Origin: a virus
Taxonomy: Duplodnaviria > Caudoviricetes
Reading direction: 5' to 3' (one strand)
Virus record (IMG/VR): IMGVR_UViG_2706795344_000001
Span: 32,001-96,000 of that record
Length of the DNA stretch: 64,000 nucleotides
This document shows positions 1-9,961 of the stretch, one piece after another. Each line of letters starts with the position of its first letter. The first letter of the stretch is position 1. Below the pieces are notes generated by a model that did no database searches, had not been told where the DNA came from, and saw only the letters and a list, made by a program, of their open reading frames with translations. Position numbers and translations under genes: made by a program.

Positions 1-2
1 CG

Positions 3-533
3 ACAGAGATTGCATTGATTGCCCGTTGTGGTGGAGATACTGCTGGTACAGTTCAATTCTTGATGAAAGAGTTGGTTGGTGTTCCAAGCCCAGATGCAAT
101 TGTTAAGACAAAAACTCATCAAAATACTTTAACAGCTAAAGGGTACACATTCGCTGCTGTTGGTAATAAGAAAGTCTACTCTTACGGTTCAGGTAAGGTA
201 GGTAACGGTGAGTGGATTGATATTCGCTTAGCAGTTACATGGATTGTAACAAACATCCGTGAACGAGTGTTCAACTTAATCACTGGTGTTGACAAGCTTC
301 CAATGGAAAACGATGGTGCTACAGCTATCGAATCGGTGGTTCGTTCAGTACTTATGGAAGGTCGTGATCTTGGTATTATCGCTCGTGATACTCCAATCAC
401 AGTAACTGTCCCAGACGTTACAGCGTTGACCAAAGCACAACGTGCTTCACGTATCTTGCCAAGAGTTCGCTTCACAGCTCGTCTATCTGGAGCGATCATC
501 GGTACAGTTATCCGTGGTGAGGTGTACGAGTAA
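3..533 (+). CDS. Tail sheath protein, C-terminal part (DUF3383-like; 5' truncated by window)
   Basis: Frame is open from the window start. GEWIDIR..W, KLPMENDG, RASRILP and F.ARLSGAI are typical of the DUF3383 sheath C-terminus; lies directly upstream of the tube gene. Confidence 0.85.
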   Translation, partial: TEIALIARCGGDTAGTVQFLMKELVGVPSPDAIVKTKTHQNTLTAKGYTFAAVGNKKVYSYGSGKVGNGEWIDIRLAVTWIVTNIRERVFNLITGVDKLPMENDGATAIESVVRSVLMEGRDLGIIARDTPITVTVPDVTALTKAQRASRILPRVRFTARLSGAIIGTVIRGEVYE

Positions 534-582
534 TCGTACCCTCTCAGGTAATAAATTTTTAGCAATTGCGAGGAAATAATAT

Positions 583-1113
583 ATGGCTAGTAAAACTGGT
601 GTTTATGATTTTAGCAAAACAATCATGACAATTAAGCACCCTCTGTACGATGGTATCGTGTTGATCGACGGTTTCATGACTGGTACGAATATCGTAGTTG
701 GTCGTAGTGACCCACGATGGAATAACCAATCGTCAGGTGATGCTAAATCTTCAACGTTGATTCGTAACCCTAAGAACAACGGCACGATCACCTTTACGTT
801 GAACCAATCAACAGACTCTTTGGCTAAGTTAAACGCCATCGTACAACATGCCAATGAGAGTGATGGTCGTGACATCCTGTTCGAAGTAACCTTGGCTGAT
901 AAATCTTCAGGTTCTATTCACTATAGCCGTGAGGCGATTGTTGGTGAGCCAGAGTCTATCGAGTACGGTGAAGATGAGAATGGTCGTGAGTTCCAGATTC
1001 AATGTGGTGACTTGTTCTCTAACTTGAATGGTGCAGCTCGTGTACCACAAGAAACTATGCGATTCATCAATGCTTTAGGCTTCACACTTGATGAAACACG
1101 TGTAGCTCAATAA
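583..1113 (+). CDS. Tail tube protein (DUF3277-like)
   Basis: YDF..., IDGF, GTITFTLNQST.S motif; RBS GAGGA; follows the sheath gene. Confidence 0.8.
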   Translation: MASKTGVYDFSKTIMTIKHPLYDGIVLIDGFMTGTNIVVGRSDPRWNNQSSGDAKSSTLIRNPKNNGTITFTLNQSTDSLAKLNAIVQHANESDGRDILFEVTLADKSSGSIHYSREAIVGEPESIEYGEDENGREFQIQCGDLFSNLNGAARVPQETMRFINALGFTLDETRVAQ

Positions 1114-1123
1114 GGAGTAACAA

Positions 1124-1693
1124 ATGAGTATTTCATTACTAGACCCCAACAAGCTTAGTTTAACTATTCTTGGATGTAAAGTAGAGGGTTTCTCCCAAGG
1201 CTCATTTGTCACGATGGAGAAAGAAACCCCGACGTTCAAAACCAAGAAATCGCTTAAAGGGTCTAAGCTTGTTGAACGTGATATCCATTCGGACTATCAA
1301 TTTGTTTTTAGGTTAGATAACACTGCTGGAGCCAATACATGGCTCCATGCAATCTACAAGCTACAAGAGGCTTATGGAATTATCTTCCCTGTTCCAATTA
1401 TTTACAAAGATATGAATGGTGTGAACTCATTCTTCTGCCCTTCAGCAATTTTACAAGAGCCTAGAGTTGAGCAAGGTGGCGAGGTCTACCCGACTGAATG
1501 GTCTTTAATTTGTCCAAAGGCAGTTACAACAATCGGTGGTAGTGCTATCGACGATAGAGTCGCTAAGACACTCCAGATGATTTCTACATTTGTACAGGCA
1601 GCTAGTTTAATCGATATTGATATGTCTAGTGTTTCAAGTATTGCAGAGTCAATCAAGGAACGTGCCACTTCTGCATGGGGGAACTTATTTTGA
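1124..1693 (+). CDS. Tail tube-like virion protein (tube paralogue)
   Basis: DPNK..LTI.G..VEGFSQGSFV resembles the tube fold; position in the tail module. Confidence 0.6.
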   Translation: MSISLLDPNKLSLTILGCKVEGFSQGSFVTMEKETPTFKTKKSLKGSKLVERDIHSDYQFVFRLDNTAGANTWLHAIYKLQEAYGIIFPVPIIYKDMNGVNSFFCPSAILQEPRVEQGGEVYPTEWSLICPKAVTTIGGSAIDDRVAKTLQMISTFVQAASLIDIDMSSVSSIAESIKERATSAWGNLF

Positions 1694-2142
1694 ACTTCGA
1701 TATGATTGATAAGATTCTCCAGAAGGTTGGGTTCTATAACTTCAACCCTTCAGACGTGGACTTCACTGTCGCTGGATATCAAATGTCAGACTTCACATCC
1801 TTGACAATCGTTCCTACACAAAGACGTGTGACGATTCAAGGTATTGATCGACTGTACCACACATATGCTGACCTTCCTTCTTATTACAAGATTTCATTCT
1901 CACTCCTAGCAGTATGTAAGGATGTGGAGATGATGGAATTACTCGCTACTACACTAAATGAGAAAGGTGGTGGCTTTGAGATTGTAATTAAGAGTAATGG
2001 TAGGTTTGTTGGTAACTTTAGAGGTTACTTTGAATTAGATTCTGCTGACTCATTCAATGAGGAAGCTAACGATAAAACATACGATATTGTAGCCATCAAA
2101 ACTGAGGCTAATATCATCCAATCAGATTTAGGAGATGAATAA
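1675..2142 (+). CDS. Tail tube-like virion protein (second paralogue; may start at ATG 1702)
   Basis: FNPSDVDFTVAGY N-terminal motif of the tube family; synteny. Confidence 0.5.
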   Translation: MGELILNFDMIDKILQKVGFYNFNPSDVDFTVAGYQMSDFTSLTIVPTQRRVTIQGIDRLYHTYADLPSYYKISFSLLAVCKDVEMMELLATTLNEKGGGFEIVIKSNGRFVGNFRGYFELDSADSFNEEANDKTYDIVAIKTEANIIQSDLGDE

Positions 2143-2615
2143 TGTTAAAGCCAAAGGTTACAGATTTCCAAGGTAAAAACGGACAACGGATTGTAGATTA
2201 TGGTGAAGGCCGTATTTACGTCATTAAGCCATTTAAAGGTAAGAAAGGTACTACCCTAGCGCTTAAGCTTACAAAATATGCCTCTGGCGCATTTGGTGGC
2301 ATTCTGGCAGGTGTTTTAGACCAGATTCAGGGTGGTACAGAGGTTGAGAAGCTTGACACTGTAGGTTTGATGATTTCAGGTGTTTTAGATGGTGCATTCC
2401 AAGAATTGGATGACCCAGACTTCTTAGCATTCTTCTTTGACCTATTCTCAGAAGTATATCGTGATAACTCTCCTATTGATTATGATGAAGAGTTCACACT
2501 TGAGCAAGAGTTACCAATCGATCTTATCCGTCACATTGTTACGTATAACTTCAGATCGGTTTTTCAGCGTCTCGGTATCGCTGCGCTCTTAAAGAAAAAG
2601 GTTCAAGCAGAGTAA
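2142..2615 (+). CDS. Tail assembly chaperone (gpG-like)
   Basis: Lies between tube genes and the tape measure gene; acidic helical protein ending NFRSVFQ. Confidence 0.7.
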   Translation: MLKPKVTDFQGKNGQRIVDYGEGRIYVIKPFKGKKGTTLALKLTKYASGAFGGILAGVLDQIQGGTEVEKLDTVGLMISGVLDGAFQELDDPDFLAFFFDLFSEVYRDNSPIDYDEEFTLEQELPIDLIRHIVTYNFRSVFQRLGIAALLKKKVQAE

Positions 2616-2839
2616 AGGATACGAGGGTAAACAACAAAGAATATGAAAGATTGGAGGCTAATCTTTCATTACCTAAAGAATGGGTACACATCTTAAATGC
2701 TGAAAAACCTTTGCTTTCTTTAGAGTATCTAATCAACGATGCCACACTCGAAGATGTATATGACGCTTTAGAGATGATGGAAGTACAGAAGTATCTGAAA
2801 ATAGAAGCGGAGAAATTCGAGGATGACAACAAAGGTTGA
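2549..2839 (+). CDS. Tail assembly chaperone gpT-like segment, probably reached by -1 frameshift
   Basis: The -1 frame is open from 2549 to 2839 and overlaps the chaperone 3' end; slippery G GTT TTT at 2558-2564; TLEDVYDALE motif. Confidence 0.6.
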   Translation, partial: LQIGFSASRYRCALKEKGSSRVKDTRVNNKEYERLEANLSLPKEWVHILNAEKPLLSLEYLINDATLEDVYDALEMMEVQKYLKIEAEKFEDDNKG

Positions 2840-4826
2840 AGTCGCTAAGTTTCTCTCTGTATTTGGATTTGATATCGATACTGCTCAATTAGAAAAATTT
2901 GAGAGTATCACAAGAGGTATCAGATTATCTACGGTGAAACTGGCAAGAGATTTAAGAGCTACCAACAAGCAATTAACTGATGTATCAAATAAGATGAAGT
3001 CAGTCAATGGCAAGTTGGACTCTGTAGGTGGAAAGAGGGGAGCAAACAGCTTAGCTAGTAGTTATGCTGGTCTCTCTCGAAACGTCAATGTCTCACAGTC
3101 AGCAATGACAAGACTTTCTACCACATTAACCTCACTTGACCCTAAGTTAGCAACACTTGATGACAAAGTTAAAAAACTTACAAATTCATGGGCTGCATAC
3201 GCTGATAAGGTTAAAGAAGCAAATGGTAGATTAAAAGAGACAAAAGAATTAAGAAACCAGCCAGCTGCACCTAGAAGTGGTGGAGGTTTGGCTTATGGAT
3301 TAGCTGCTGGAGCTGCTGCCTCAAGAGCTTCTAAAGGTTCAGGTGGTGGAGCTGCTGCTGGACTACTTGGTGGGGCAGTTGGAAGGTTCGCTGGTAACTT
3401 TGCTCCTTCTGCTGCTTTAGCTGGTGGTGCAGTGTCAGCTGGATATGCTGCCAAGGAAGTAATTCAGGTAGGCCGTGAATATCGTAAGATGAGACAGGTA
3501 CTCCTTGCTTCTTCAGATTCTCAAGCAGAGTTCAATAGGAACTTAGATTATGCAGAGAAAGTGACAAATAGATTAGGTACTAACATAATCGAATTTGGTT
3601 CTGCTTATGCTAAGACACTCCAAGCTGCTAAAGGTAAGCTGACACTAGACCAGACAGAAAAACTATTCGAACAATTCTCAGAGTTGATGGTAGTTTTAGG
3701 TTCTAGTGATGACGACCAGAAAGGTATCTTCCGAGCAATGTCACAGATGTTCTCGAAAGGTAAAATCCAGATGGAAGAAGTCAACCAGATGGCTGAACGT
3801 AACGTTCCAGCTCTGGCTATGTTGACAAGAGCCTATAAAGAATTAGGCATGACTCAGGATGAGTTTGAGAAAGCACAAAGGGAAGGTAAATTAGACCCTA
3901 CCAAGTTCTTGCCACTATTTGGTAAATATGCTAGTGAATTTGCTAGAAATAACAATGCTTTAAATAAAGCTTTGGAATCTAGTGTGACTCAACAAGGTAT
4001 CTTCATGAACCAAATGAGGAAACTTGCTGACCAGATTATGGAAGCTGGACTAGATAAATTACTTGGTGATATGTTCAAAGGATTAACAAACTTAGGTACA
4101 GCGCTGACACCATTAGTTATGTGGCTTGTTAAAGCTACTCTTGGATTCATTGAATTTACTAAAGCTATGGTTGACTGGTCTAAAGAGCATCCAATTATCG
4201 CTGGTATGTTAGCAGCATTAATCGGTGGATTCTTTGGCTTAGGTAAGATGATGAGAGCTGGTATCCCAATTGCTGGAGCTTTATTCTCTGCCCTTATTAC
4301 AGGGTTAGCTGGATTGAAGATCGCATTGGTTAGGACTGGTATCTTAGCAATCTTTGTAGCGATTGGTGAAGTACTGGCAGCTCTGTATGAGCATATGAAT
4401 GGTGAGAATAACTGGCTTTCTGTGATGATCAATGGTCTTACGATTTTTGGTTATAAAATCCAGAACGTTTATGAGAACTTCTTAACATTACTTACTGCCA
4501 TTCGTCAAGGTTTATCAGATAGCTTTATTGGTCAGTTCTTCTCTAAGATGTTGAACTTCGATTTTAGTAATGCTTTCAATGGGCCATCTAGTCCATTACA
4601 ACCTCAAAGACCAGCACCTCAAGGTTCTACATTAGCTCAGCAAAACCAAGCTGCTCAGCAATTAATGCAGAACAAAGGAAATTATGCGAATCAAATTCCT
4701 GCACCATCTAAACCTCCAATTTTTGGTGGATTCAATGCTCAGTACACGCTGAAGATTGAAAACGGTAAACAGGTATTTACAACTACTCAAGGACAGAAAA
4801 TTAACGTAGGAGGTCTGCAAAAATGA
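2823..4826 (+). CDS. Tape measure protein
   Basis: 667 aa, Ala/Gly-rich coiled coil; tape-measure domain AMSQMFSKGKIQMEEVNQMAE; hydrophobic C-terminal part. Confidence 0.9.
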   Translation: MTTKVEVAKFLSVFGFDIDTAQLEKFESITRGIRLSTVKLARDLRATNKQLTDVSNKMKSVNGKLDSVGGKRGANSLASSYAGLSRNVNVSQSAMTRLSTTLTSLDPKLATLDDKVKKLTNSWAAYADKVKEANGRLKETKELRNQPAAPRSGGGLAYGLAAGAAASRASKGSGGGAAAGLLGGAVGRFAGNFAPSAALAGGAVSAGYAAKEVIQVGREYRKMRQVLLASSDSQAEFNRNLDYAEKVTNRLGTNIIEFGSAYAKTLQAAKGKLTLDQTEKLFEQFSELMVVLGSSDDDQKGIFRAMSQMFSKGKIQMEEVNQMAERNVPALAMLTRAYKELGMTQDEFEKAQREGKLDPTKFLPLFGKYASEFARNNNALNKALESSVTQQGIFMNQMRKLADQIMEAGLDKLLGDMFKGLTNLGTALTPLVMWLVKATLGFIEFTKAMVDWSKEHPIIAGMLAALIGGFFGLGKMMRAGIPIAGALFSALITGLAGLKIALVRTGILAIFVAIGEVLAALYEHMNGENNWLSVMINGLTIFGYKIQNVYENFLTLLTAIRQGLSDSFIGQFFSKMLNFDFSNAFNGPSSPLQPQRPAPQGSTLAQQNQAAQQLMQNKGNYANQIPAPSKPPIFGGFNAQYTLKIENGKQVFTTTQGQKINVGGLQK

Positions 4827-5761
4827 TTTATTCATTAGTCATCTTGAATGACCAAGGAGCAATCCAAGAAACGATCTCCTTCGATGCTGTAACACGAATG
4901 GGTAAATCATACTCAATGACTGTTGCACAAAATGCTGTAGAAGAGGGCTTTAGTGTTTCGGACCATGTATCACGTGGCAACACCAAGTTCTCAATGTCTG
5001 CTGTAGTCTCTGACTCCTTGTTTATGCGTAAGGGTGCAACACTCCACTATGTGAATGGACGCTTTGAAAGGATTTATGAAGATGTAGACCCGATCACTGA
5101 TGAGTCTCCTTCTAAGGCCATGCAAGAGCGTCTTGAAGCCATGGCTGAGAAAGGTGAAATCTTTGGTTTGTTCGAGTCAAGAAGTACAGAGAGTACCAAT
5201 GTCGTAAACCTTATTTATCCATGTATCTTAACTGATTTGAGTTTTGATAACTCTGATGGTTCAGAAGCTGTCTACCCTAACATGTCTTTTGAGAAGATTA
5301 GGGTGGCTAAGGTCGAGACGAGAGTGGTGGAGAATCCCTCTCCAGAACTTATCCCTTATGTTAAAAGTTCAAATGCTGGGAATCAGACTGGTGCTTCTGG
5401 TAGCGCTGCTGTAACTGACCCTAAAGTTGATAATACCGATCTTATTGAACAGGCTAAGAAAGGTAATCAGGATTTGGTACAGAAGATTGTTCCAAAAGAA
5501 AAAACTTGGTCAGATTTAAAAGTGGCTGAACAGAAGAAACGTATTGATGAACTTAGTTACAGTAATCAAGCCGAGAGAGAGTTTAGGAAGAACTTGGAAA
5601 GCGGTAAATCAACATGGAGCCAGAAAGGTGAATTCGTTGATGGATACGTGAACAGGGAAATGACTAAGAAATATGGTGCTGGATGGAAGACATCAAGTAC
5701 ATCTCCTCAAGCTCCTGTTACTTCTACTGTTGCTGGTGGTGGTTCAATGAGGCAGAAATAA
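4823..5761 (+). CDS. Tail/baseplate protein (Dit-like tube initiator)
   Basis: FDAV...VEEGFSVSDHV motif; immediately downstream of the tape measure gene. Confidence 0.65.
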   Translation: MIYSLVILNDQGAIQETISFDAVTRMGKSYSMTVAQNAVEEGFSVSDHVSRGNTKFSMSAVVSDSLFMRKGATLHYVNGRFERIYEDVDPITDESPSKAMQERLEAMAEKGEIFGLFESRSTESTNVVNLIYPCILTDLSFDNSDGSEAVYPNMSFEKIRVAKVETRVVENPSPELIPYVKSSNAGNQTGASGSAAVTDPKVDNTDLIEQAKKGNQDLVQKIVPKEKTWSDLKVAEQKKRIDELSYSNQAEREFRKNLESGKSTWSQKGEFVDGYVNREMTKKYGAGWKTSSTSPQAPVTSTVAGGGSMRQK

Positions 5762-6096
5762 TGAGTTATTTTAATTATGCATGGGTACAGATGGTTGACC
5801 TACCAACGTATAGCTGTACTGCCACATGCTTTGAACAAACACTGAACATTCGGATTACTTGGATTGAGAGAATTAAGCGTAGGGCAATCTCAGTCACAGG
5901 TAGTAATGGTGCTGTCTATCTACAGAACACTGTAATCAATGTAGATGAACCATTACAGTTTAATTCAAACGCTCTTGAAGATGGTTATGACTGTTCAATT
6001 ATCTTGCAGTCTACACCTGACGCACCTAAAGAGGTGGACTATTTAAATTGGTCAAAGAATATGTTTTTGACAGTCTACAGAATCACGGAGAATTAA
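5761..6096 (+). CDS. Small baseplate protein
   Basis: ATG 5761 coupled to the upstream stop; synteny before the hub gene. Confidence 0.55.
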   Translation: MSYFNYAWVQMVDLPTYSCTATCFEQTLNIRITWIERIKRRAISVTGSNGAVYLQNTVINVDEPLQFNSNALEDGYDCSIILQSTPDAPKEVDYLNWSKNMFLTVYRITEN

Positions 6097-6097
6097 T

Positions 6098-7360
6098 ATG
6101 ATTGGTGGTGATATCCAATGGACAAGGTATGCCGAAGTAAGCTTCACAAACTTCAACAGTGGTGTCATCACTACAATCAAAAGCAATCAGATCGACGATA
6201 AAAACGATATTGTTGGTGAAGGATTAAGGATTGCTTTTGAATACTCTAAAAGTGATGACCAAGGTTATAACTCTCCTAATGGTAAAGTTGTTATCTATGG
6301 ACTGACAGAGAAGACTTTCAACACTCTTGGTGAGAGATTGAGATGTGAACTTGAGGTTAAAGCTGGATACCTTGAGTCTAAATTAAATGCTCCAAAGAGA
6401 TTGTTTTATGCAGTCTTGATGGATAAGAAATACGAAATCCAAAATGGTATTAGTGTTAGTACCTTTGATGTCCTTGGCAACTTTATCGAGAAGGTGATTG
6501 CCGAGAAGATGTCTTTAAATTTACCCAAACCTACAATGCGAGACATCATGGTTTCCATTTCTAGTGCCATGGGTAAAGCAATGGATATGTACATCCAAGG
6601 GGACCCAAACGATGCACAGTTAATTGCTGAATATATGATGAAGTGGGTTGTCTCTCCTTTTGGTTATTCTTTTGCTTCTACACCACAACAGGAATTGAAG
6701 AGATTAAAGGATGCCTATGGTATCACATACCGTATCGAAAAGGATGCTGTTGTATTTGGAATTATGGATAAAGCCTACAACTGGCATTTAGAAGGTGCAA
6801 GACAAATTTCTCAGATTGAGAAAAAGAAAGCAGATACAACCTTAGTGGCTCAGAATAAGATTGCCCCTGAAGTTGTTGAAACTAAACCTATCGAGACTCC
6901 AACACAGAAAGTTAACCTCATTAAAACTCATGCTTTAATTCTCTCAGCCGACACTGGACTGATTGGCTCTCCTGTGGTGAGTACACCGATTGAAGATAAG
7001 AACTATGATGAAGGTTTAGCTGAAGGTGAGGAAGTTTGGTCTAAGAAAGAGCAGAGAGCTTTAATTGATAAAAAGACAGGGAAAGCAAGGGTAGACAAGA
7101 AAACTGGCGAAGTCAAGATGACTAAAAAACCTAAGAAATATAAGGTAGCCAGACGGACAGTAACTGCTAAATGTTTTATCAATGCAATGCTCGAATTTAA
7201 CTCTCAAGTAACGATTGTCACTCCTAGTGCTATTGCAGACGGTACATATCGTGTACGTAGCATCAAGATTAATGGTGACACTGATGCCAGTGGTCCTTGG
7301 ACTATGGAACTTGAGTTGAATGGTGATGGTAAGTCGGATATGGAGATTGTAAATGGATGA
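6098..7360 (+). CDS. Baseplate hub protein (gp27/Tal-like)
   Basis: LEVKAGY, TGLIGSP and G.YRVRSI...GDT motifs; synteny. Confidence 0.75.
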   Translation: MIGGDIQWTRYAEVSFTNFNSGVITTIKSNQIDDKNDIVGEGLRIAFEYSKSDDQGYNSPNGKVVIYGLTEKTFNTLGERLRCELEVKAGYLESKLNAPKRLFYAVLMDKKYEIQNGISVSTFDVLGNFIEKVIAEKMSLNLPKPTMRDIMVSISSAMGKAMDMYIQGDPNDAQLIAEYMMKWVVSPFGYSFASTPQQELKRLKDAYGITYRIEKDAVVFGIMDKAYNWHLEGARQISQIEKKKADTTLVAQNKIAPEVVETKPIETPTQKVNLIKTHALILSADTGLIGSPVVSTPIEDKNYDEGLAEGEEVWSKKEQRALIDKKTGKARVDKKTGEVKMTKKPKKYKVARRTVTAKCFINAMLEFNSQVTIVTPSAIADGTYRVRSIKINGDTDASGPWTMELELNGDGKSDMEIVNG

Positions 7361-8123
7361 TGTGATTACGCTAAAACTTGAGAATGACATCATCAATATG
7401 GGTGGTGAAACAGAAGAAATTGAACTTGAGCCAATCCTGTACAACTTCATGGATGATTACATGAGGGAACTAAAGTTCTGTATGCCAGCTCGTGTTGTTA
7501 ATGTGCAACATGCTGAGGAGCTTAGAATTGATGTTCAGCCATTGAATAAGGTTCGACATAATGATGGTGTGGTCCAAGAACTTCCACTCATTACAAACGT
7601 TCCTATGTATTGTTACGGTACTGATGACAGTGCTGTACTGATCACTCCAAAACAAGGTCAAACAGTATTGATCATGTTCTCGCAATTGAGTTTAGATGAA
7701 TTCAAAGGGGGAAGTATTCAACCTTATGAGTCTCGTACTAATAGGAAGATGGATATTCAGGATGCTATCGCATTTCCAAGTCTATTTCCATTTAACCGTA
7801 GTCCAAACAGAAAGGTTCGTCACTTCACCGATCACTCCCTAGAAGATTTAACTGTAGTTCATAACCTTGGTACTGAAAAGGAAAACAAAGTCATTTTAAA
7901 ACGTGACGGAAAGGTTGGAATTATCAGCCCATCTTCAGTAGATATCGATGCACCACTTACAAACATCTCAAAGGATATGAATGTTAAAGGTTCAATCAAT
8001 GTTGATATCGATGTGAAGATTGCTGGACGTAGTGTTAAGACATTTATGGAAACTCATACACACAACTATACAGACGATGGTAATGCTATGGTTACTGCGC
8101 CACCAAATCCAACAGGAGCTTAA
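7353..8123 (+). CDS. Baseplate central spike (gp138/gpV-like)
   Basis: PARVV, IDVQP, DIQDAIAFP and a C-terminal HTH (His-x-His) iron-binding tip motif. Confidence 0.85.
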   Translation: MDDVITLKLENDIINMGGETEEIELEPILYNFMDDYMRELKFCMPARVVNVQHAEELRIDVQPLNKVRHNDGVVQELPLITNVPMYCYGTDDSAVLITPKQGQTVLIMFSQLSLDEFKGGSIQPYESRTNRKMDIQDAIAFPSLFPFNRSPNRKVRHFTDHSLEDLTVVHNLGTEKENKVILKRDGKVGIISPSSVDIDAPLTNISKDMNVKGSINVDIDVKIAGRSVKTFMETHTHNYTDDGNAMVTAPPNPTGA

Positions 8124-8124
8124 T

Positions 8125-8508
8125 ATGGACATTTTGATGACCACTGAGGGGGTTAGCCTATCTAAAGGCAAACTATCCCTTACAAAGAGCCGTGGTGAGT
8201 CCCTAGCACAACGTTTAGTTGTCCACCTGAGAACTTTCTTAGAAAGCTGGTTCTTGGATGTGAATATGGGGATTGACTACTTTAATAAAGTCTTTGAAAA
8301 AACAATTCCAAAGTCTTCTATTGATGCGACATTCCAGACAGCTATCTACAAGGATGTTCGAGTGGAAAAGATCATTGCATTCAATAGCACAATCGAGAGA
8401 AACAAGTATCGATTGTCATTCAAGGTAAAAGCCAAGGAAGGCTTTATTAGTGATGTCGTGAATGTTGACATTTCAAATAACGAAATTAGTATCGGAGTCG
8501 GAGCTTAA
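8125..8508 (+). CDS. Baseplate wedge/sheath initiator (gp25-like)
   Basis: QRL...LRTFL.SWFLD...GIDY motif; RBS AGGAG before ATG 8125. Confidence 0.75.
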   Translation: MDILMTTEGVSLSKGKLSLTKSRGESLAQRLVVHLRTFLESWFLDVNMGIDYFNKVFEKTIPKSSIDATFQTAIYKDVRVEKIIAFNSTIERNKYRLSFKVKAKEGFISDVVNVDISNNEISIGVGA

Positions 8509-8509
8509 T

Positions 8510-9952
8510 ATGGCAATTTTAAATGATAAAGGTGTTGAAATTCAAAAGCTTGAGGGTATCCTTCAAGACTTACAAACGATTGCCAGACGTAGATTTGCTG
8601 ATTTAATTGGCCCTGACGACGATCTGGACGTGAGTAGTTATTCTGTTCTTGGTCGTATCTTGGGTACAGTTGCTGAACCAGAAGCTCTAAATGAAGAGTT
8701 ACTTTTACTACTATGGCAGTCACTTGACCCTGAACAGGCTGAAGGTATTTTCCTTGACAAGATTCTTGGCCTTCTAGGTATTGTCCGTAAAGGTGAAGTC
8801 AAAGGATTCGCTGGTGTAATTGCTGAAGGTAATATCGGAGTTACAGTGCCAGCTAAGAGTTTAATCTCAAGCACAATCACTGGAGACGTATTCGAGACTA
8901 CAGCTGATGCCACTTTCTCTTTAGATAGTGCATGTGGTGTTGTTCTACAAATCCCAGATACCGTGGCTGACAAGACATATTCTTTAGGATATACAGGTAG
9001 TTATGGTCAAAACAAATACCCAACAATCTCAACAAGAAGTGTTGCTGGTGATACAAAGAATATGATTGCTAGACGTTTCGCTGAAACTGTCAATAGTTCA
9101 TCTACCCTATTGTACGCCACTGTTGATAATGATGACAACGTAATTGTTCGATTTATTAACCTTAACACTGTTGGCTACTTTAGTTTGACTGGAAGTAATT
9201 TTAAGGCGATTAAGTCCTTCATTCCTATTTCAACAATTTCTGTAACCGCTGCTGCTGGTGTACAAGCTGCTGACACATTGACAGTAATGCAAACCCCTGT
9301 AATTGGTTGGGTGAGTGTTACAAACCCATTTGACTCTATCGCAAGTGAGCCAAAGGAAGATGATGCCACTTTCCGTACAAGAGGTCGTATTTCTAAATCA
9401 ATTAAGTCTACAGCAAATAGAGCTGCACTGTACTCTGAATTATATTCATTGAATGGTGTTCGTTACGTGAATATTCAAGAAAACATCTATGACAACGTAA
9501 TTAATAATATCCCACCAAAGGGTATTGCTGTAGTTGTTCTAGGTGGTAGTGACACTGAGATTGCACAAGTGATCAAAGATAATATCGCTATCGGTTGTGG
9601 CACTGTAGGTAACTTAGTAGTCCCAATGGTAGATGCTGCTGGTACAGTGGACATTAAATTTAGTAGACCTGAGTATGTGCCTATTGCTATGAAACTTGGC
9701 TTAGAGACAGACTCATCATTCCCACAAAACGGTAAGGTACTTATCCAAGAAGCAATTGTTAGATACTTCGAGACTCTTGAAGTTGGTGACGATGTTGTTT
9801 GGTCTAAGTTATTCAATCCGATTAACGAGGTACGAGGCCAGAGTGTTAATTCACTTCTTATCGGTAAGAAAGGTGAAGAACTTAGCTTATCAAATGTCGT
9901 ACTTACATACAACCAATTGCCAATCATTTCATTTGAAGATATCGAAATCTAA
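8510..9952 (+). CDS. Baseplate J-like wedge protein
   Basis: AEGIFLD, EDDATFR.R, GGSDTEIA..I and FSRP motifs. Confidence 0.85.
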   Translation: MAILNDKGVEIQKLEGILQDLQTIARRRFADLIGPDDDLDVSSYSVLGRILGTVAEPEALNEELLLLLWQSLDPEQAEGIFLDKILGLLGIVRKGEVKGFAGVIAEGNIGVTVPAKSLISSTITGDVFETTADATFSLDSACGVVLQIPDTVADKTYSLGYTGSYGQNKYPTISTRSVAGDTKNMIARRFAETVNSSSTLLYATVDNDDNVIVRFINLNTVGYFSLTGSNFKAIKSFIPISTISVTAAAGVQAADTLTVMQTPVIGWVSVTNPFDSIASEPKEDDATFRTRGRISKSIKSTANRAALYSELYSLNGVRYVNIQENIYDNVINNIPPKGIAVVVLGGSDTEIAQVIKDNIAIGCGTVGNLVVPMVDAAGTVDIKFSRPEYVPIAMKLGLETDSSFPQNGKVLIQEAIVRYFETLEVGDDVVWSKLFNPINEVRGQSVNSLLIGKKGEELSLSNVVLTYNQLPIISFEDIEI

Positions 9953-9961
9953 GGAGGGTTC

